Origin: an uncultured Gammaproteobacteria bacterium
GTDB lineage: Bacteria > Cyanobacteriota > Vampirovibrionia > LMEP-6097
Length of the DNA: 36,271 nt
Reading direction: 5' to 3'
Assembly: GCA_964487825.1 (NCBI GenBank)
Contig: CAZASO010000005.1
Span: 1-36,271, forward strand
Translations under genes and position numbers: made by a program
Notes under the pieces: generated by a model
Databases searched by the model: none
Told to the model about the DNA's origin: nothing
What the model saw: the letters and a program-made list of their open reading frames with translations, nothing else
In this document: positions 7,988-17,382 of the stretch, piece by piece
Layout: each line of letters begins with the position of its first letter
How positions within the stretch are numbered: the stretch's first letter is position 1

Positions 7988-8800
7988 TTGGAAAGATTAA
8001 AACAAGAACTTATAGAACTAGGTACTTTTGCTGCAGAGAGAGGCTGGCTACCAGCCACTAGCGGTAATCTTTCCCAGCGAATAGATGATTATAATTTTAT
8101 TATAACAAGCTCTGGCTGCCATAAGGGTAAGCTCACCCAAGATAATTTTGTGATTGTGGATTCCAGATTAGATTCAGTAGACTGGAATAAGAGTTGTACG
8201 GCATTAGATGAGAGGGCGGGACTTGATAAGACAGAGAGCAATAAAAATCTATGTCTTAAGAGCCTATCCGAAAAGCTCCCAGATGCTAGGCATGCAAGTC
8301 CGAGCGAGCGGAGTTTATTAGACATAAATGAGCATCGTGAGGGCGAGCATAACAACGCAGATGGGACTTTTCGGACAGGCTCTAAACCTTCAGCAGAGAC
8401 CTTACTGCATTCACATCTATATCGTGATTATCCAGAGATAGGAGCCATAGCTCATATACATTCTCGCTTGAGTGTACTTCTCTCTATACATCATCCCTCG
8501 GAAGAACTTATTCTTAGATCTTATGAACTACTCAAAGCCATAGGAACCAGAACTAGTCATGAAGACAGTCTCTGTCTTCCTATCTTCAATAACACTCAAC
8601 GCATAGCAGATTTAGCTCAAGAAGTAACTAACTATCTTTCTAGTTTTGATGGACCCTTAGATCATTGGGCTTATTTAATTCGCGGTCACGGACTCTATGT
8701 TTGGGCTCCTAATATGCAAGATTTATACAGGCATCTAGAAGCTATAGATATGCTCTTAGATTTTGAGTGGAGCAAAAGGACTTTAATATGTCGAGATTGA
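7988..8800 (+). CDS. mtnB: Methylthioribulose-1-phosphate dehydratase (class II aldolase/adducin fold) with an internal ~60-aa insertion
   Basis: 270-aa ORF with a TTG start and MtnB blocks (ERGW.PATSGNLS, ITSSG.HKG, KPSAETLLHSHLY, AIAHIHS, ELLKA.G, YLIRGHGLYVW). It is followed by mtnD and mtnC. Extra residues lie between FVIVD and KPSAE. Confidence 0.85.
   Translation: MERLKQELIELGTFAAERGWLPATSGNLSQRIDDYNFIITSSGCHKGKLTQDNFVIVDSRLDSVDWNKSCTALDERAGLDKTESNKNLCLKSLSEKLPDARHASPSERSLLDINEHREGEHNNADGTFRTGSKPSAETLLHSHLYRDYPEIGAIAHIHSRLSVLLSIHHPSEELILRSYELLKAIGTRTSHEDSLCLPIFNNTQRIADLAQEVTNYLSSFDGPLDHWAYLIRGHGLYVWAPNMQDLYRHLEAIDMLLDFEWSKRTLICRD
8256..8386. repeat. Imperfect long inverted repeat (palindromic element) embedded in the mtnB coding sequence
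   Basis: The arms GAGCCTATCCGAAAAGCTCCCA (8260-8281) and TGGGACTTTTCGGACAGGCTC (8362-8382) are complementary apart from one mismatch and one 1-nt bulge, with an 80-nt spacer. The flanking TTAAG/TTTAG sequences extend the pairing. An inner GATGCT (8282-8287)/AGCATC (8331-8336) pair is also present. Confidence 0.75.
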
Positions 8801-9342
8801 AAATTTATCAAGAGTCTGGGATGCTTGTTAGGGAGACAGAAAACCCAGAGCTTATAAGTGACTTGCTTTCTGAGATTGGTCTCAAATTCAGTCGTTGGGC
8901 GGCTTTGAAGTCTTTGAGTGAGGAAGCCCAAGCTGATGAGATACTAGCAGCTTATACTAGTGAGATAGAAGCCATCAAACAGCAATATGCTTTTAATAGT
9001 GTTGATGTCGTGAGCCTTAAAGCAGGCGGTGACATCTCTAGTGTCCGCAATAAATTTCTTGCAGAACATACTCATAGTGATCATGAGGTGAGGTTTTTTA
9101 TAGAGGGACAGGGTTTGTTTTGCGTGCATGCCCAAGACCGTGTCTACCAAATCCTTTGCAAGCAAAATGATTTTATTTTCGTGCCAGCTCAGACTAAACA
9201 CTGGTTTGATACTGGGCTTCAGCCAGATTTTAGATGTATTAGATTTTTTACTGATGAGGCAGGCTGGATTGCTACTTACACGGGAGATGATATTTCTAGT
9301 CGTTTTCCTGCCTTGGATGATTTGATTTATTCTCATGGATAA
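8788..9342 (+). CDS. mtnD: Acireductone dioxygenase (ARD, cupin)
   Basis: ARD cupin motifs are present (FLAEHTHSDHEVRFFIEGQGLF.VH......I.C...DFI.VPA.T.HWFD). I prefer ATG 8788 (MSRLKIY..., the usual ARD N-terminus) over the track start at 8767. It overlaps the mtnB end by 13 nt. Confidence 0.85.
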   Translation: MSRLKIYQESGMLVRETENPELISDLLSEIGLKFSRWAALKSLSEEAQADEILAAYTSEIEAIKQQYAFNSVDVVSLKAGGDISSVRNKFLAEHTHSDHEVRFFIEGQGLFCVHAQDRVYQILCKQNDFIFVPAQTKHWFDTGLQPDFRCIRFFTDEAGWIATYTGDDISSRFPALDDLIYSHG

Positions 9343-10027
9343 AATCACTCATATAGTAACGGATATAGAAGGGACTACGACTTCTATTAGTTTTGTCAAA
9401 GACATACTCTTCCCCTATGCCCGCGAGCATATGGCTGAATTCCTCTCAGGGACTGAGGTCTATAGCCCTGAGCTGGAGCGCATCCTAATGGAGATCCCCG
9501 GTTCTAGCTTGGAAGCTAAAACTCAATTACTCATCAAGTACATAGATGAAGATCGCAAATATACCCCGCTCAAAGAACTACAAGGACTCATCTGGAAACA
9601 AGGTTATGAGCAAGGGGTTTATCGTAGTCATGTATACGAAGATGCCTATAAAGTCCTCTGTGATTGGCATCGAGAGGGTATCCAGCTTTATGTTTATTCT
9701 TCAGGCTCTATCGCTGCCCAAAAATTATTGTTTGGCCATACTGAATATGGAGACCTGAATTATTTATTTAGTGATAATTTTGATACACATATAGGAGCCA
9801 AAAACTCAGCTTCTTCTTATCGTTATATCCTCAAAACTTTGGGAACAGAGCCAACTAAAGTTCTCTTCCTCTCTGATATAGATGCAGAATTAGAAGCCGC
9901 TCAAGCTTCTGGAATGCAGGTCGCAAAACTAGTCCGAGACCCTAGAACTCCTTTGGGGACTGCTTTCCCGGAGTTTCGGGATTTTTATGAGATTAAGGAT
10001 GCGCTGAACTCTGTATTAGATGAGTAG
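9335..10027 (+). CDS. mtnC: Enolase-phosphatase E1 (HAD superfamily)
   Basis: 230-aa ORF with the HAD motif I context typical of MtnC (IVTDIEGTTTSISFVKD.LFPYA), later YVYSSGS and FLSD motifs, and an operon position after mtnB and mtnD. Confidence 0.85.
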   Translation: MDKITHIVTDIEGTTTSISFVKDILFPYAREHMAEFLSGTEVYSPELERILMEIPGSSLEAKTQLLIKYIDEDRKYTPLKELQGLIWKQGYEQGVYRSHVYEDAYKVLCDWHREGIQLYVYSSGSIAAQKLLFGHTEYGDLNYLFSDNFDTHIGAKNSASSYRYILKTLGTEPTKVLFLSDIDAELEAAQASGMQVAKLVRDPRTPLGTAFPEFRDFYEIKDALNSVLDE

Positions 10028-10043
10028 TATTTTCTGCCAGTGT

Positions 10044-10328
10044 CTACCGAGTAATATGCTGTCGAAGTATCTTTAGGCGCTCTAGATCCTGCTCTGAAAA
10101 ATTGGGCATATGGGGATCATTAAAGCTGCCGCCCTTAGCAAGAAACTCCTGTCTAGCCCTATTTAGAGTACGGAGTATATGATAGTACTCCTCTTTAGGA
10201 GAAGTGGGACGATATTCAGGAGGCTTTTTTCTTATTTCCGCTTGTCCTTCCAGAAAACGCCTATGGCTTTCAGCCATCAATCGTCTAGTCTCGGGACTGG
10301 TCTCTATAGGGGGGGGGATAATATTCAT
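10044..10328 (-). CDS. Hypothetical small protein (94 aa) with a C9 tract at codons 4-7
   Basis: ATG-initiated ORF downstream of pyk, charged and helical. I recognise no family. An 8-bp hairpin (10333-10354) sits 4 nt upstream of the ATG. Confidence 0.4.
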   Translation of the reverse strand: MNIIPPPIETSPETRRLMAESHRRFLEGQAEIRKKPPEYRPTSPKEEYYHILRTLNRARQEFLAKGGSFNDPHMPNFSEQDLERLKILRQHITR

Positions 10329-10382
10329 AAACTAAGACTCTAACATGAGTCTTATCAAACTGTCAAGTCCGAATAATATGCT

Positions 10383-11945
10383 TTAAACCTTCAAACTCGG
10401 CCCAAGGTCTTTATTGACGACTTGGCAAGCATTGGCTACTTTGACTAGATCATGGAGTGAGCCATTGCATTGATGCAGTTTGATGAAATTTGCTGAAGAA
10501 CGGGCTGCGATAGGTAGACCCCCAGTGATGATGATAGTCTCGCCCTCGCGTACTAGACCTTGGGCTAGAAGAAAATTCTCCATATTGATAATGGTTTTGG
10601 TAGTGTGTTCTACTTCATCAAAATATACAGGTGTAACACCCCAGACCATAGAGAGATAGTTGTAGGTATGTCTGTAGGTAGTCGCAGCGATAATTCTTGC
10701 GTGGGGTCTTAGCTTGGACATTAGTTGTACACTGCGTCCTGAGCAAGAGAAAGCAACTATGGTGCGGATATGAGGGAGACAAGCTAGATCATAGATGGCT
10801 TGGGCTATTGCAAAATTATCAGTCTCAACATAGCTAAGACCTAATTTGGAAAGTTCTCGAAGATCTAGTCTCTCACTCAAGATAGAATCGCTACACTCTA
10901 CTTCTAGAGCGATTTTGCGCATATATTCTACAGCTTGGATGGGGTATTTGCCAGAGGCTGTTTCTCCAGAAAGCATGATGGCATCTGTCCCATCGAGAAT
11001 AGCATTGGCTACATCTGAGACCTCCGCACGAGTAGGGAAGGGATTGCGGATCATGGAATCCATCATCTGAGTGGCAGTGATAACAAATTTCTTTTTATGG
11101 TTGGCTTTTCGGATAATGTTTTTTTGGGCTAGGGGTACTTTCTCTGCTTCCAGCTCTACGCCTAGGTCTCCGCGGGCCACCATGACCCCATCGACTTCGT
11201 CTAAGATCTCATCTATACAATGCAGAGCTTGGGGTTTTTCTATTTTGGCTATGGTTTTGATAGGAGATTTACAATGCAGTTCCAGTTTGGCTTGATTGAT
11301 AAGTTCTTTGAGATCTATGATGTCTTCTGCTCTACGCACGAAAGAAAGAGCGATAAAATCTGCTTCGACTCGGATCGCTTCAATGATATCTTCCCGGTCT
11401 TTAGCAGTGATAGCCTCGACTTGTAGTTGTTTGGATTCTGGCAAATTCACTCCCTTATTGGATTTGAGAGTACCACCAAAAATAACTTTACATTCTACTT
11501 CATCATCTTGGATCTGAACCACTGTAAGTCTTAGGAGCCCATCATCTAATAAGATCCTTTGTCCGGGAGCTAAATCTGAAGCCAGTTTGGGGTAATTGCG
11601 TATATGTACTATACGAGGAAATTTACTGTAATTGGCTTTATTTTCGTTAGAGCTTAGGATGATACGCTCATCTGTAACTATCTCTATGCCATCTTCAGGC
11701 AGAGTCCCTGTGCGGATCTTAGGACCTTGAAGATCTACTAAGATACCAACTGGGCGTCTAAGATCTTTGGCGATTTGGCGCACAGTCTCTATGCGTTTGC
11801 GGCGCTCAGCCCAATCACCGTGTGAACAATTAATGCGAGCCACATTAACACCAGTTTCTATAAGTTTCCTGATGGTATCTTCATCTTCAGATGTGGGACC
11901 AAGCGTCGCAATTATTTTGGTTAATGAATATTTGATGTCATGCAT
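10383..11945 (-). CDS. pyk: Pyruvate kinase
   Basis: 520-aa ORF with canonical motifs (TKIIATLGP, GVNVARINCSHG, ILVDLQGPKIRTG, KIEKPQAL..IDEIL...DGVMVARGDLGVE, ATQMMDSM, PTRAEVSDVANAILDG.DAIMLSGETA.GKYP). Confidence 0.95.
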   Translation of the reverse strand: MHDIKYSLTKIIATLGPTSEDEDTIRKLIETGVNVARINCSHGDWAERRKRIETVRQIAKDLRRPVGILVDLQGPKIRTGTLPEDGIEIVTDERIILSSNENKANYSKFPRIVHIRNYPKLASDLAPGQRILLDDGLLRLTVVQIQDDEVECKVIFGGTLKSNKGVNLPESKQLQVEAITAKDREDIIEAIRVEADFIALSFVRRAEDIIDLKELINQAKLELHCKSPIKTIAKIEKPQALHCIDEILDEVDGVMVARGDLGVELEAEKVPLAQKNIIRKANHKKKFVITATQMMDSMIRNPFPTRAEVSDVANAILDGTDAIMLSGETASGKYPIQAVEYMRKIALEVECSDSILSERLDLRELSKLGLSYVETDNFAIAQAIYDLACLPHIRTIVAFSCSGRSVQLMSKLRPHARIIAATTYRHTYNYLSMVWGVTPVYFDEVEHTTKTIINMENFLLAQGLVREGETIIITGGLPIAARSSANFIKLHQCNGSLHDLVKVANACQVVNKDLGPSLKV

Positions 11946-13077
11946 AAGCTCTACTCCCTAATATTGTAGCCCCGCTAGCACCAGTTGAGCCGGGGACATT
12001 GTTGGGGATACCATGATAACTACTAAAAGCCAACAAAGAAAACAACATGGCTTCTTTGTATTGGTCGTCTATATTGAGTTCATCATGAGATCTGAATTGT
12101 ATAGATGGGTTAAGGTGCTGGAGATTGTCCATTATAAATTTATTTTTGCGACCACCACCAGCAACAAAAACTTTAGTGAGGGGATATTTGGCGAGTTCTT
12201 GACTAATACTATAGGCAGTGAGCCAAGAAGCAGAGCTAATAATAGTTTCTTTGTTACCTAGATCCAAAAGTTTATCTGCGAACTTCTCATTGAAAAGCTC
12301 TCGTCCAGTGCTTTTGGGAGGGGGGCTTTGGAAGTACTCACAGCGATCATAGAGGCTAGCAACAAAAGCTTCATTCACCTTGGCAGTAAAAGCAATAGAA
12401 CCAGATTCATCATAGTCTTTTTTGAAAAGTTTTTGCATGAGTATGTCTATGAGAGTATTACCGGGACCTGTATCATAAGCAATAGTAAATTTGCCCGGCT
12501 GCATTACGGTGATATTAGCGATGCCACCTATATTTAGCGTAGCGATACATTCTTCGGGATATTGGTTCCGTATAAGTTTTTCGTCTAAATAGCTACTTAG
12601 AGGGGCTCCAGCTCCACCCAGAGCCATATCAGCTGGGCGGAAATCATAAAACACATCTATACCACTAAGCTTGGCAATTATAGAACCAGAACCCAGTTGC
12701 CAAGTGCTATTCAGTCCATGGAAAATAGTTTGACCATGTATCCCAATAAGTTCTATCTCTGGGCGAGGATTGCCATTTTCGTCATAATCTTCAAAGCTAC
12801 TCATTGACTTGATTGCAGGGCTTTGTTTTTTGGACTTGAAATCATTAATGAGATCAGCTAGCCAGCGACTATAAGCAAAATTAATATCAGAGATTTCTTG
12901 TAAATTGGCGTTTTGTAGCCTGATGAGTTTCTCTATATTTTGTTTTAGTTCTTTGTCAAAATCATAAGAGGCGGATCTTATGACTTTGTAGCCACTAAGT
13001 TTTTCTAAGTTCCACTCTATAAGACAGAGATCTGCTCCGTCCACCGAAGTCCCTGTGTTCAGCCCTAGAACCCTCAT
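11938..13077 (-). CDS. anmK: Anhydro-N-acetylmuramic acid kinase
   Basis: The AnmK N-terminus MRVLGLNTGTSVDGADL begins at ATG 13077, which overlaps the upstream stop as TAATG. Later blocks are LGGAGAPL, NIGGIANI, YDTGPGN and VAGGG.KN. The track's longer start (13176) lies inside the preceding gene. Confidence 0.9.
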   Translation of the reverse strand: MRVLGLNTGTSVDGADLCLIEWNLEKLSGYKVIRSASYDFDKELKQNIEKLIRLQNANLQEISDINFAYSRWLADLINDFKSKKQSPAIKSMSSFEDYDENGNPRPEIELIGIHGQTIFHGLNSTWQLGSGSIIAKLSGIDVFYDFRPADMALGGAGAPLSSYLDEKLIRNQYPEECIATLNIGGIANITVMQPGKFTIAYDTGPGNTLIDILMQKLFKKDYDESGSIAFTAKVNEAFVASLYDRCEYFQSPPPKSTGRELFNEKFADKLLDLGNKETIISSASWLTAYSISQELAKYPLTKVFVAGGGRKNKFIMDNLQHLNPSIQFRSHDELNIDDQYKEAMLFSLLAFSSYHGIPNNVPGSTGASGATILGSRAYA

Positions 13078-13697
13078 TAGCACCGTGTTCCACCTATCCT
13101 GTAATTGAGGAAATTTGATAACATCTTGTGTCCATGTTCTGAGAGTATAGATTCTGGATGATATTGGACTCCCCAAAGCCCGTCTAAAGATAGATGAGAG
13201 ACAGCCATTATTAGAGCATCGTCTGTTTCAGCATCTATGGATAGAGTCCCTTCTGGAATAGAGTCTCTGTCTATAATCAAAGAATGATAACGAGTTGCAA
13301 CAAAGTTCTCTGGGATATCTTTGAAAAGTGGAGCGCCATAATGCTTAATATGACTGGTTTTACCATGCATTAGATAGGGTGCCTTGATGACTTTGGCTCC
13401 GCAGACTTCAGCGATGGCTTGGTGACCTAGGCAGACTCCTAGTATGGGGATTTGTCCAGCGTAGTGTTTGAGTATGTCTATGCAAAGCCCAGAGTCACTT
13501 GGTTTCCCGGGTCCCGGGGATAGTAGTATGTGTGAGGGTTTTAGCTCTTCAACTATCGAGATGCTTGCATCGTTACGATAGACCAGAGTCTCAGCACCTA
13601 GCTCAGCTAAATACTGTACTAGGTTGTAGACGAAGCTATCATAGTTATCTATGACCAAGACCCGAGGTCTAGAATTCAGTCTGGATGCACTATCCAT
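13077..13697 (-). CDS. trpG: Glutamine amidotransferase, anthranilate/aminodeoxychorismate synthase component II
   Basis: 206-aa ORF with class-I GATase motifs (VLVIDNYDSFVYNLVQYL, LSPGPG.P, ILGVCLGHQ, YHSL, QYHPES). TrpG versus PabA cannot be told apart from the sequence alone. Confidence 0.85.
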   Translation of the reverse strand: MDSASRLNSRPRVLVIDNYDSFVYNLVQYLAELGAETLVYRNDASISIVEELKPSHILLSPGPGKPSDSGLCIDILKHYAGQIPILGVCLGHQAIAEVCGAKVIKAPYLMHGKTSHIKHYGAPLFKDIPENFVATRYHSLIIDRDSIPEGTLSIDAETDDALIMAVSHLSLDGLWGVQYHPESILSEHGHKMLSNFLNYRIGGTRC

Positions 13698-13711
13698 AGA
13701 CTTGCCTTAGC

Positions 13712-15829
13712 TTACCTTGTTGCTGTTGCTGACCTAGCTTTGCTAACTTCTGCAGCTACATTAGGAGGAACTTCTTCATATGAAGCAAACTCCATCGTAA
13801 AAGTACCTTGTCCTTTGGTTTTGTTACGAATATCTGTAGCATAACCAAACATATTAGAGAGAGGCACATAAGTACTCACAAAAGAAAGCCCAGCTTGGGT
13901 AGACATTTTTTCTACTCGACCACGACGAGAGCTGATATCACCGATCACATCACCCATAAAGGACTCTGGTACTTCGATGTCTACTTTCATCACTGGTTCT
14001 AGCAAACAAGGAGAAGCTTTACTGACTCCTTCTTTGAAGGCCATAGAAGCAGCGATACTGAAAGCTAACTCAGAGGAGTCTACTTCATGGAAGGAACCGT
14101 GATGGAGAGTGGCTTTCACGCCTATGACTTCGTAGCCAGCTAGGACTCCGCTATTCATAGCACCTTTGAGACCTTTTTCTACGGCAGGTATGTATTCGCG
14201 AGGGATGATACCTCCTACGATTTTATTGACAAACTCGAAAGTAGGCAGGTCTTTGTTTTCTGCATCTTTACCGATAGGGATAGGTTCAAAATCAATAACC
14301 ACATGCCCGTACTGTCCTTTACCACCAGATTGTTTGGCGTATTTGACTTCGGCTGTAGATTTATTCCTGATAGCCTCACGATAAGCAACTTGAGGTTTAC
14401 CTACATCAGCTTCGACTTTGAACTCTCTTCTGAGACGATCTACAAGTATTTCTAGATGTAGCTCACCCATACCAGAGATGATGGTTTGACCAGTTTCGTG
14501 ATCTACTTTGACACGGAAAGTAGGATCTTCTTCGGCAAGTTTTTGTAGAGCCAGAGAAAGTTTTTCTTGGTCTGCTTTGGTTTTGGGTTCTATAGCTACA
14601 GAAATCACTGGCTCTGGGATATGCAAAGACTCCAAGATTACATGATTTTTTTCATCACAGAGAGTATTGCCTGTAGTAGTGTCTTTGAAACCTACTACTG
14701 CACAGATATCCCCTGCTCTGATTTCCGGGATTTCATTTCGTTGATCTGATTGAAGTTTGATGAGCCTAGAGACTCTTTCTTTACTGTCTTTGCTCGAATT
14801 ATAGATATAGCTACCAGCACTGATGACACCAGAATACATGCGCACGAAAGTGAGCCTGCCAACGAAAGGATCTGTCATCACTTTGAAAGCAAGAGCAGCC
14901 ATTGGTTCATTGTCATCACATCTGCGAGTAACTTCTTTGGAGTGTTTGTCTAGGCCTTTGATTTGTTGCACTTCTAATGGATTAGGCAAATAATCTACGA
15001 TGGCATCTAGTAGTTTTTGGACACCTTTGTTTTTGAAGGCAGAGCCACAAAGCACAGGGATAACTTGAATATTAGTAACAGCATCATGTAGACCTTTTTT
15101 GAGAGCCTCTACACTAAAAGCATCTTCACCTTCTTCAAGGTATTTATTCATCATGGCTTCGTCATTTTCAGCTATCGACTCAATAAGTTCTGTTCTTAGT
15201 TGAGCACATTTGCTAGCTAAATCTGCAGGGAAACCATCAGTGATAGAAATATCTGTACCAGTATCGTTGTTATAGATATAAGTTTTTTTCTCAAGAAGAT
15301 CCACTAAGCCTTGGAACTGATCTTCTGCACCGATAGGAACATGTAGGGGACGGGCATTGACGCGAACATCTTCACGGAGTTGTTTTACTACTTTGAAAAA
15401 ATCAGCCCCAGATCTGTCCATTTTGTTTACGAAAACTATTCTAGGTACTTTGTAACGATCTGCCTGCCTCCAAACAGTTTTGGTTTGAGGTTGTACACCG
15501 CCGACGGAACATAGGACTATTACAACCCCGTCTAGGACCCGCATTGAGCGCTCTACCTCAATAGTAAAATCTACGTGTCCGGGAGTATCGATAAGATTGA
15601 TGTATTTGTTTTGCCATTCTGTGGAGATCGCAGCAGCTGTAATAGTAATGCCCCGTTCTTTTTCTTGCTCCATCCAGTCAGTAACAGAAGTACCTTCATG
15701 GACTTCACCGATTTTGTGAATCTTGCCTGAATAAAAAAGTATTCTTTCGGTGGTAGTTGTTTTGCCTGCATCAATGTGTGCAGCGATACCCATATTTCTA
15801 TAATCTTCTATCTTTACTGAGCGTGTCAT
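13712..15829 (-). CDS. fusA: Translation elongation factor G
   Basis: The G-domain is present ([43 protein letters not shown]), together with domains II-V. The ATG at 15829 is preceded by GAGGA 9 nt upstream, so I prefer it to the track's TTG at 15844. Confidence 0.95.
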   Translation of the reverse strand: MTRSVKIEDYRNMGIAAHIDAGKTTTTERILFYSGKIHKIGEVHEGTSVTDWMEQEKERGITITAAAISTEWQNKYINLIDTPGHVDFTIEVERSMRVLDGVVIVLCSVGGVQPQTKTVWRQADRYKVPRIVFVNKMDRSGADFFKVVKQLREDVRVNARPLHVPIGAEDQFQGLVDLLEKKTYIYNNDTGTDISITDGFPADLASKCAQLRTELIESIAENDEAMMNKYLEEGEDAFSVEALKKGLHDAVTNIQVIPVLCGSAFKNKGVQKLLDAIVDYLPNPLEVQQIKGLDKHSKEVTRRCDDNEPMAALAFKVMTDPFVGRLTFVRMYSGVISAGSYIYNSSKDSKERVSRLIKLQSDQRNEIPEIRAGDICAVVGFKDTTTGNTLCDEKNHVILESLHIPEPVISVAIEPKTKADQEKLSLALQKLAEEDPTFRVKVDHETGQTIISGMGELHLEILVDRLRREFKVEADVGKPQVAYREAIRNKSTAEVKYAKQSGGKGQYGHVVIDFEPIPIGKDAENKDLPTFEFVNKIVGGIIPREYIPAVEKGLKGAMNSGVLAGYEVIGVKATLHHGSFHEVDSSELAFSIAASMAFKEGVSKASPCLLEPVMKVDIEVPESFMGDVIGDISSRRGRVEKMSTQAGLSFVSTYVPLSNMFGYATDIRNKTKGQGTFTMEFASYEEVPPNVAAEVSKARSATATR

Positions 15830-16017
15830 ATTATTTATCCTCAAAAGTCCCGCAAACGCATATATTCTAACCCAGACTGCTTTTTTGAAGCCATTAAATT
15901 ATAATATTGTTATAATGTTTAGACTCGTATTAACACTCAGGAATTGCTATTATTGGATTTATGTTAAGTGGGATTGCGCGACAGATTTTTGTACAAAGAA
16001 GAGAACCGCAGCAGTCC

Positions 16018-17382
16018 TCAGGTTCTTGACGGAGCTATCTTCTGTGGGCTCGACTGAGAAGGCTTAGTCTCTGAGACCTGCGGCTCCAAAGGCGACTTAA
16101 GCTTGGCGTTGAGCTGGAACTCTACATAGGTTTTGGGACCTTCTTTGTAGTCTCTCATGCCTATAACCTGAGCATCTTTGAAATATCTAGAGCTGTTACT
16201 CAGATTGAGAGAGAGGGCCGCAACATCTTCTGGGCTGCTAGCTTTACCAGCGATAAGGACATTATTTTTGCTTGCATTGAATCTCTCGAACCAAAGATTG
16301 CGAGGACTAAGATCCCCTAATTCAAAAAAGATCAAATGCCAAGGGATACGGCGCTTGCTGATCTTGAGATAGAAATCTCTTTCGCCTTGATGCTCGATTT
16401 TTTGGCTTTCTAGTTTTTTGGCTTGAGCGTTGATTTGCTTCATGCGTTCCGCTCTATGATTGAGTCTGCGCAGTTCGTGTTTGTACCTGAGAGTATTAGA
16501 TTCTAGGATACTGGTATAAACGATGAGCCCAGCAAGGGCAAGAAAACTGAAGAGGAAGCTCAGATTGCGAAAAGTAATAGCAATGGGAGGTTTGGGTAAC
16601 TTGGTTTTGATGAGCAAATCCATCTGTCCAGCAGCCCTAGATAAAGAAGAAGCTATGGCTGAGTTGGGGTTGGGGAGGCTTTGGTAGGGATAGTTAAGTC
16701 CCACTTCTGGAACCCTCGGACCATAAAGTCTAATATTAGAGATTTCCAAGTTTTCAATTTGCTCACTGTAATTGGAAATAAAACGACTAAGATCCTCCAG
16801 AGGATCTCCTGTATTGGGGATGGCGGCTATAGCAAGAGGTTGAGAGCCGCCCCAAATACAAATTTCACTATGCTCATTGCCAATATAGGCAGTTGCGCTC
16901 AAGCTCTCTGTAGGACTGGGGCTGAAGAGCATGAAACTGGCGATAGCTCTAATGTTCTTGACATTGATGCTTTTGGCAAAATTTTGTAACTGTTCTTGTA
17001 AGCCATTTTTGAGTCCAAGAACTATGTAATCGCAAACCAAAATTCCATCTTCTTCGCGCAAAGTAAGGTCTAGTTTTTTGTAGTTGAAGCACAATTTAAA
17101 TTTATTCTTGTCTATTTCTAAACCTAATAAGACTTTTTTTTCTCTTTCTTTGATTTTTTCGGGCAGGCTTATAACCTGATAGTTAAGGGATTTGATGCCA
17201 AGGCTAAAGATTAGAGTTCTTGGGCTGCGAAGATTGTGCCCTTCTAAAAAGTCCTTGAGAGTTTTGTGGCAGGTTTCGGAAGAATCCCAAAATGCTCTAC
17301 TAGAAATAGTCGACAAATAATAATCATCGCCATTGGCGACAGCAATAAATTCATCAGAAAGATCGATAACTAAAGTAGTCAT
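16018..17382 (-). CDS. Type IV pilus assembly protein, PilM-like N-terminal half fused to a PilN-like C-terminal half
   Basis: 454-aa ORF overlapping the pilD stop (ATGA). The N-terminal ~270 aa show a PilM-like pattern with a degenerate phosphate-1 motif (VIDLSDE instead of IDIGS). A single TM segment (LSFLFSFLALAGLIVYTSIL) follows, then a coiled coil and a PilN-type block (IPWHLIFFELGDLSPRNLWFERF......IAGKASSPEDVAALSLNLSNS..F). Confidence 0.5.
   Translation of the reverse strand: MTTLVIDLSDEFIAVANGDDYYLSTISSRAFWDSSETCHKTLKDFLEGHNLRSPRTLIFSLGIKSLNYQVISLPEKIKEREKKVLLGLEIDKNKFKLCFNYKKLDLTLREEDGILVCDYIVLGLKNGLQEQLQNFAKSINVKNIRAIASFMLFSPSPTESLSATAYIGNEHSEICIWGGSQPLAIAAIPNTGDPLEDLSRFISNYSEQIENLEISNIRLYGPRVPEVGLNYPYQSLPNPNSAIASSLSRAAGQMDLLIKTKLPKPPIAITFRNLSFLFSFLALAGLIVYTSILESNTLRYKHELRRLNHRAERMKQINAQAKKLESQKIEHQGERDFYLKISKRRIPWHLIFFELGDLSPRNLWFERFNASKNNVLIAGKASSPEDVAALSLNLSNSSRYFKDAQVIGMRDYKEGPKTYVEFQLNAKLKSPLEPQVSETKPSQSSPQKIAPSRT

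Noticed and set aside
10333-10354. Hairpin TAAGACTC-n6-GAGTCTTA after pyk, considered as an intrinsic terminator.
   Set aside because: On the transcribed (minus) strand it is followed by only GTTT before the next ATG, so there is no real U-tract. It is more likely a translational or RNA-stability element, if it is functional at all.
13078-13176. N-terminal extension of anmK in the ORF track (33 extra codons), overlapping trpG/pabA.
   Set aside because: The conserved AnmK N-terminus (MRVLGLNTGTSVDG) starts exactly at ATG 13077, in a TAATG stop/start overlap. The extension lies within the conserved C-terminus of the GATase.
13712-15829. EF-G homologue considered as a Tet(M)/Tet(O)-type ribosomal protection protein, because it lies outside the str operon.
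   Set aside because: Its ~705-aa length and its EF-G-specific sequence through domains IV and V (for example [10 protein letters not shown], and HEVDSSE in the domain IV/V region) fit bona fide EF-G, not the ~640-aa Tet protection proteins.
15845-16017. 173-nt AT-rich spacer upstream of fusA, scanned for a promoter, an sRNA or a copy of the repeat family.
   Set aside because: Several TATAAT-like hexamers are present, as expected in AT-rich DNA, but none has a convincing -35 partner. There is no stable structure, and no similarity to the 7775-7966 repeat family.
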